From: Anaerolineales bacterium
GTDB taxonomy: Bacteria > Chloroflexota > Anaerolineae > Anaerolineales > E44-bin32
DNA length: 60,867 nucleotides
Assembly (NCBI GenBank): GCA_037379555.1
Contig: JARRJK010000001.1
Location: forward strand, 1 to 60,867
Direction: 5' to 3'
Shown: piece by piece, positions 57,851-60,867 of the stretch
How positions within the stretch are numbered: position 1 is the first letter of the stretch
Layout: each line of letters starts with the position of its first letter
The notes under the pieces: model-generated
Database searches by the model: none
Told to the model about the DNA's origin: nothing
What the model saw: the letters and a program-made list of their open reading frames with translations, nothing else
Position numbers and translations under genes: made by a program

Positions 57851-59107
57851 TCAATCCGCACTCAACCCGGCGGACGATACATACAGCCTGGCTCGCCGCT
57901 GCTCGGAGAGATGCAGGCTGAAGTACATGCCGGCCGCAACCACGCCGACGATGGCTGCTGCGAACCAGATCCAGCGCGGGTCGGCATAATCCATGATCAA
58001 TCCCGACAGGTACATCCCCACCGCGCTCGGGATCATCCAGCCGAATCCGTAAATTGCCATATAACGGCCGCGCATCGATTCCGGCGCCAGGCTGGCTGCC
58101 AGGGCGTTTCCAACCGGGGCGACAAGCATCTCGCCGAGGGTGATGATCGCCATGGCCAGCAAGAAGAGCCCATAGGTGCTTGCGTAGCCGTACATACCGA
58201 ACCCGACCACGTAGAACATCGTGCCCAGCGTCAGCGTGAGAAAGGGAGCGATACGCTCGACCCGGCGCGTGATCCAGAACTGCATAACTACCACCATGCC
58301 CGCATTCAGGCTGAGAATGTAGCCCCAGCGCTGATCGCCCACGCCATGCACATCCCGCAGGAATACTGCCAGCGGTCCCTGCATCTGCGTGTACACCAGC
58401 ACCATGAGTGAAGTGGCCAGCATGAACACCATGAACAGCTGGTCAGACATCACTTTGCCGTAATCCCGGAACGTCTGTGCCGTTGAGGGTTGTGGAAGGC
58501 CTTGCTCGAGCGCAGGTTTCGTCTCTCCAAGCAGGAGGAAGACCATTCCAGCGGTGACCAGACTGGCGACGGTGTCGAAGATGAAGAGCTGCAGGTACGA
58601 ACGGGTTGCCAGCAGTCCACCAAGCGCCGGGCCGATGACAAAAGCCAGATTGTGAATCACGCGATGCAGCCCAAAGCCGCCAGCGCGCTTCGCCTCCGGC
58701 AGCAAATCGGCGACCATCGCGCCCCGCGCTGGTCCGCCGATATTCCCTGTCAGGCCAGTGATCAGCGTAATCACAATGAAGGTGTCGAGACGATTAACCA
58801 GGCCCAATGCGAGCACCGTGAACGCGCTGCTTATCAGGCCGAAAATGATCATCGACTTTCGCCCGAAGCGGTCCGCCAGACCACCGCCGAGCGCGCTGCC
58901 AATCACGTTGGCGACCATCAAACCGCCAAAGATCAGCCCTACCCTTGAGAGACCGATGCCGAACTTCGCAGTCACATAAAGGGTAAAGAACGGGAAGAGC
59001 AGCGCGCTTCCCAGCGAGTCGATAAAGGAAGCGCCCATCAAATACCAGAAGGGCTTGGGATACTCCCGGTAGATTCCACTTAGGGCGTCAAACTGCCGCT
59101 TGATCAT
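57851..59107 (-). CDS. MFS transporter
   Basis: 12-TM profile, GGLADRFGRK (MFS motif A). ATGA overlap with the upstream GNAT stop. Confidence 0.85.
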   Translation of the reverse strand: MIKRQFDALSGIYREYPKPFWYLMGASFIDSLGSALLFPFFTLYVTAKFGIGLSRVGLIFGGLMVANVIGSALGGGLADRFGRKSMIIFGLISSAFTVLALGLVNRLDTFIVITLITGLTGNIGGPARGAMVADLLPEAKRAGGFGLHRVIHNLAFVIGPALGGLLATRSYLQLFIFDTVASLVTAGMVFLLLGETKPALEQGLPQPSTAQTFRDYGKVMSDQLFMVFMLATSLMVLVYTQMQGPLAVFLRDVHGVGDQRWGYILSLNAGMVVVMQFWITRRVERIAPFLTLTLGTMFYVVGFGMYGYASTYGLFLLAMAIITLGEMLVAPVGNALAASLAPESMRGRYMAIYGFGWMIPSAVGMYLSGLIMDYADPRWIWFAAAIVGVVAAGMYFSLHLSEQRRARLYVSSAGLSAD

Positions 59108-60102
59108 GCCTGGTTCTCCCGGTGAGTCGGGCCTGAGGACAGATTTAGCCCCATCCAGAGCAGCCGCCGCCGCAACTCGAATCCGCGCAGACGCAGGTCG
59201 TCCTCAATCACCCCGGTCATGTAATCAAGCACAAAGGCTGAACGTCTGGAGGCCGATCGCGAGAGCGCACAGTCCACCAGGACAGGCTCTGCCAGTTCGC
59301 TCACAGCAGGATCGACAACGAGCAGCATCCGCTGCAGTCCAGGCTCAACCCCGGGCCGCAACGATAGACTGCCTTCGACCCTGCCATTCGCCCGCCACAA
59401 CCAATGGGAATTGGGACCTGCCGTCAACCAGCCGGCTCCTGCGGGACGGAAGAGACTCGCGACCGTCGGGAATGGCCAGATTAATCCCTCCGGATGCAGC
59501 CTCCGTGCGAGGGCAAACTGGGCCTGCCATTCCCCGGGTTGGCGCAGGCCGACGCGATCGGTCACTGGCGGCTTAGCGGGTTGCAGTCCTCGCGGGCGGT
59601 ACCAGGTTGTCCGATCGGAAAGCAGCCTGAAACCGAACTGCTGGTACATTGCGTGCGCAACCTCGTTGTCGCGGTCGACCTGCAGGGCAAGTTCACGGGC
59701 GCCTTTCTCCCTTGCAGCATCGATCGAAGCCCGCACCAAATGTCCGGCGATCCCCTGCCGACGGTACTGCGGGTGAACGGCGACGTTCGCCATCACCCAG
59801 CGTTTTTCGTAATTACGGACCGGCATCAAGCTCGCATTGCCGACGATCCGCCCGTCCTGCTCCCACACAAAACCAAGCGGATTGGCGGCCGGTGGCAGCA
59901 GCCAGCGGCCGAGCAGCCAGCCCAGCCATCCGAGTCTCGAAAGCAGGCGCATGCCGGCCACCATCTGCCTTCCCGTATGATCAAGCTGTTCGGCAAACGC
60001 GGTTGCGATCAGATCGGCCAGAGCGCCCATATCACGGCGCCCATCGAAAGGCCGCAGCCCTTGTGTTCGAGCGGGAGAGGAAGCGCTTACTGCAGCGGTC
60101 AA
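59104..60102 (-). CDS. GNAT-family N-acetyltransferase
   Basis: VAVHPQYRRQGIAGHLVRASIDAAREKGARELALQVDRDNEVAHAMYQQFGF (acetyl-CoA binding Q/RxxGxG/A). TTGA overlap with the upstream stop. Confidence 0.8.
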   Translation of the reverse strand: MTAAVSASSPARTQGLRPFDGRRDMGALADLIATAFAEQLDHTGRQMVAGMRLLSRLGWLGWLLGRWLLPPAANPLGFVWEQDGRIVGNASLMPVRNYEKRWVMANVAVHPQYRRQGIAGHLVRASIDAAREKGARELALQVDRDNEVAHAMYQQFGFRLLSDRTTWYRPRGLQPAKPPVTDRVGLRQPGEWQAQFALARRLHPEGLIWPFPTVASLFRPAGAGWLTAGPNSHWLWRANGRVEGSLSLRPGVEPGLQRMLLVVDPAVSELAEPVLVDCALSRSASRRSAFVLDYMTGVIEDDLRLRGFELRRRLLWMGLNLSSGPTHRENQA

Positions 60103-60867
60103 GCGTCACCTTCCAGGGCTTCCAACAGTGCCTCCGCCTCATCTACGGTGATCTTGCCCTGCTCGACCATGCGCAGGATTTGATGCCGCTCCTCTTCCAG
60201 GGACTCCTTGCGAGCATCACCGAATCCCGGCGCCTGGAAGGTGATCCCTTTTAACGGATCGAAATCGGCTTCAACCCTATAGTGATGGCGCCGGGCTTTA
60301 CGCGCCGAGCGGCGTGCGTTGCGCACTGCCCGGCGAACCTTATCCTTGATGGCGAAATCAAGCGGTACCGAAAGCGCATCCATCTTCGATTCCATCTCGG
60401 CCAGCTCCGCATCCATGTCGCTCAGCATGTCGGCGAAATCAAATCCTCCATCGCCCTTGTCCTCCCCCGCCACTCTCAGGATCAGATCACCGCCGGCCGC
60501 AAGCTCAAGAACGGCCTGCCCCTCTCCGTACACGAAACGATCATCCGGCCCGTGTGATTCGAGCCCGCGCCCGATCTCCCGGTCACCGCCAGCCTGGGCC
60601 TGAACCGCGACCGAAGCCTGCGGGTCGAGGCGGCAATCGAGGTCGCCTCCGGCCTGCACCTTTGAGGCCTCCCCCGGGGGCGGGTCGAGACTGACCAGCG
60701 CATCGCCCCCACACGAGATATCTACGGCACCCCCGACTTCCCCCAGAAGCACGTCCCCGCCAGCGCTCCGCAGCCGGACGCGGCCCTCAACCTGCTGGAC
60801 AACGGCATCACCGCCAACCCGATCAACCATCAGGTCGCCTGTCAGCCGCCGCGCTTGCAGATCGCCG
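60099..60867 (-). CDS. DUF4097-like beta-strand-repeat protein with C-terminal SHOCT-like helix; 5' end outside window
   Basis: The frame stays open to the window edge (..GDLQARRLTGDLMVDRVGGD..). Repeated xGGDxxL/V units (SAGGDVLLG, SCGGDALVSL, QAGGDLDC, QAGGDREI, AAGGDLILRV); C-terminal EERHQILRMVEQGKITVDEAEALLEAL. Confidence 0.7.
   Translation of the reverse strand, partial: GDLQARRLTGDLMVDRVGGDAVVQQVEGRVRLRSAGGDVLLGEVGGAVDISCGGDALVSLDPPPGEASKVQAGGDLDCRLDPQASVAVQAQAGGDREIGRGLESHGPDDRFVYGEGQAVLELAAGGDLILRVAGEDKGDGGFDFADMLSDMDAELAEMESKMDALSVPLDFAIKDKVRRAVRNARRSARKARRHHYRVEADFDPLKGITFQAPGFGDARKESLEEERHQILRMVEQGKITVDEAEALLEALEGDA

Overview
GC-rich, gene-dense chromosomal segment with about 48 protein-coding genes. 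By eye I found no rRNA, tRNA, CRISPR array, transposase, integrase or prophage signature. The gene content (multi-GAF histidine kinases, ADP-forming acetyl-CoA synthetase, long-form NfeD, PT-rich linkers) suggests a Chloroflexota-like organism, but that is inference only. Most genes are core housekeeping: clpB, hsp20, acnA, purA, murJ, ftsK, def, recF, rsmG, rnhB and a BMP-family ABC transporter. Several poorly understood modules sit among them. (1) A cbpA-like J-protein / HtrA / eRF1-Pelota-like operon. (2) An operon of three bitopic coiled-coil membrane proteins, one with an N-terminal ComEA-type HhH domain. (3) A seven-gene minus-strand operon (55150..60867) combining a DUF4097-like beta-repeat protein, GNAT, two MFS pumps, two small proteins sharing a SHOCT-like helix, and a DUF360 membrane protein; one of the small genes is frameshifted. 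(4) ADP-forming acetyl-CoA synthetase translationally coupled to a catalytic-domain-less Pta-like protein. (5) A cNMP-binding/bPH membrane protein. (6) NfeD paired with a membrane-anchored FHA protein. At the nucleotide level the clearest recurring signal is an extended -10 promoter motif (TGnTAnnnT, mostly TGCTAYNNT) in nine intergenic regions. Several of these sit 6-8 nt from the start codon, which implies leaderless mRNAs. I cannot show that any single locus is an undescribed system. The candidates above are ranked by what the sequence actually supports.
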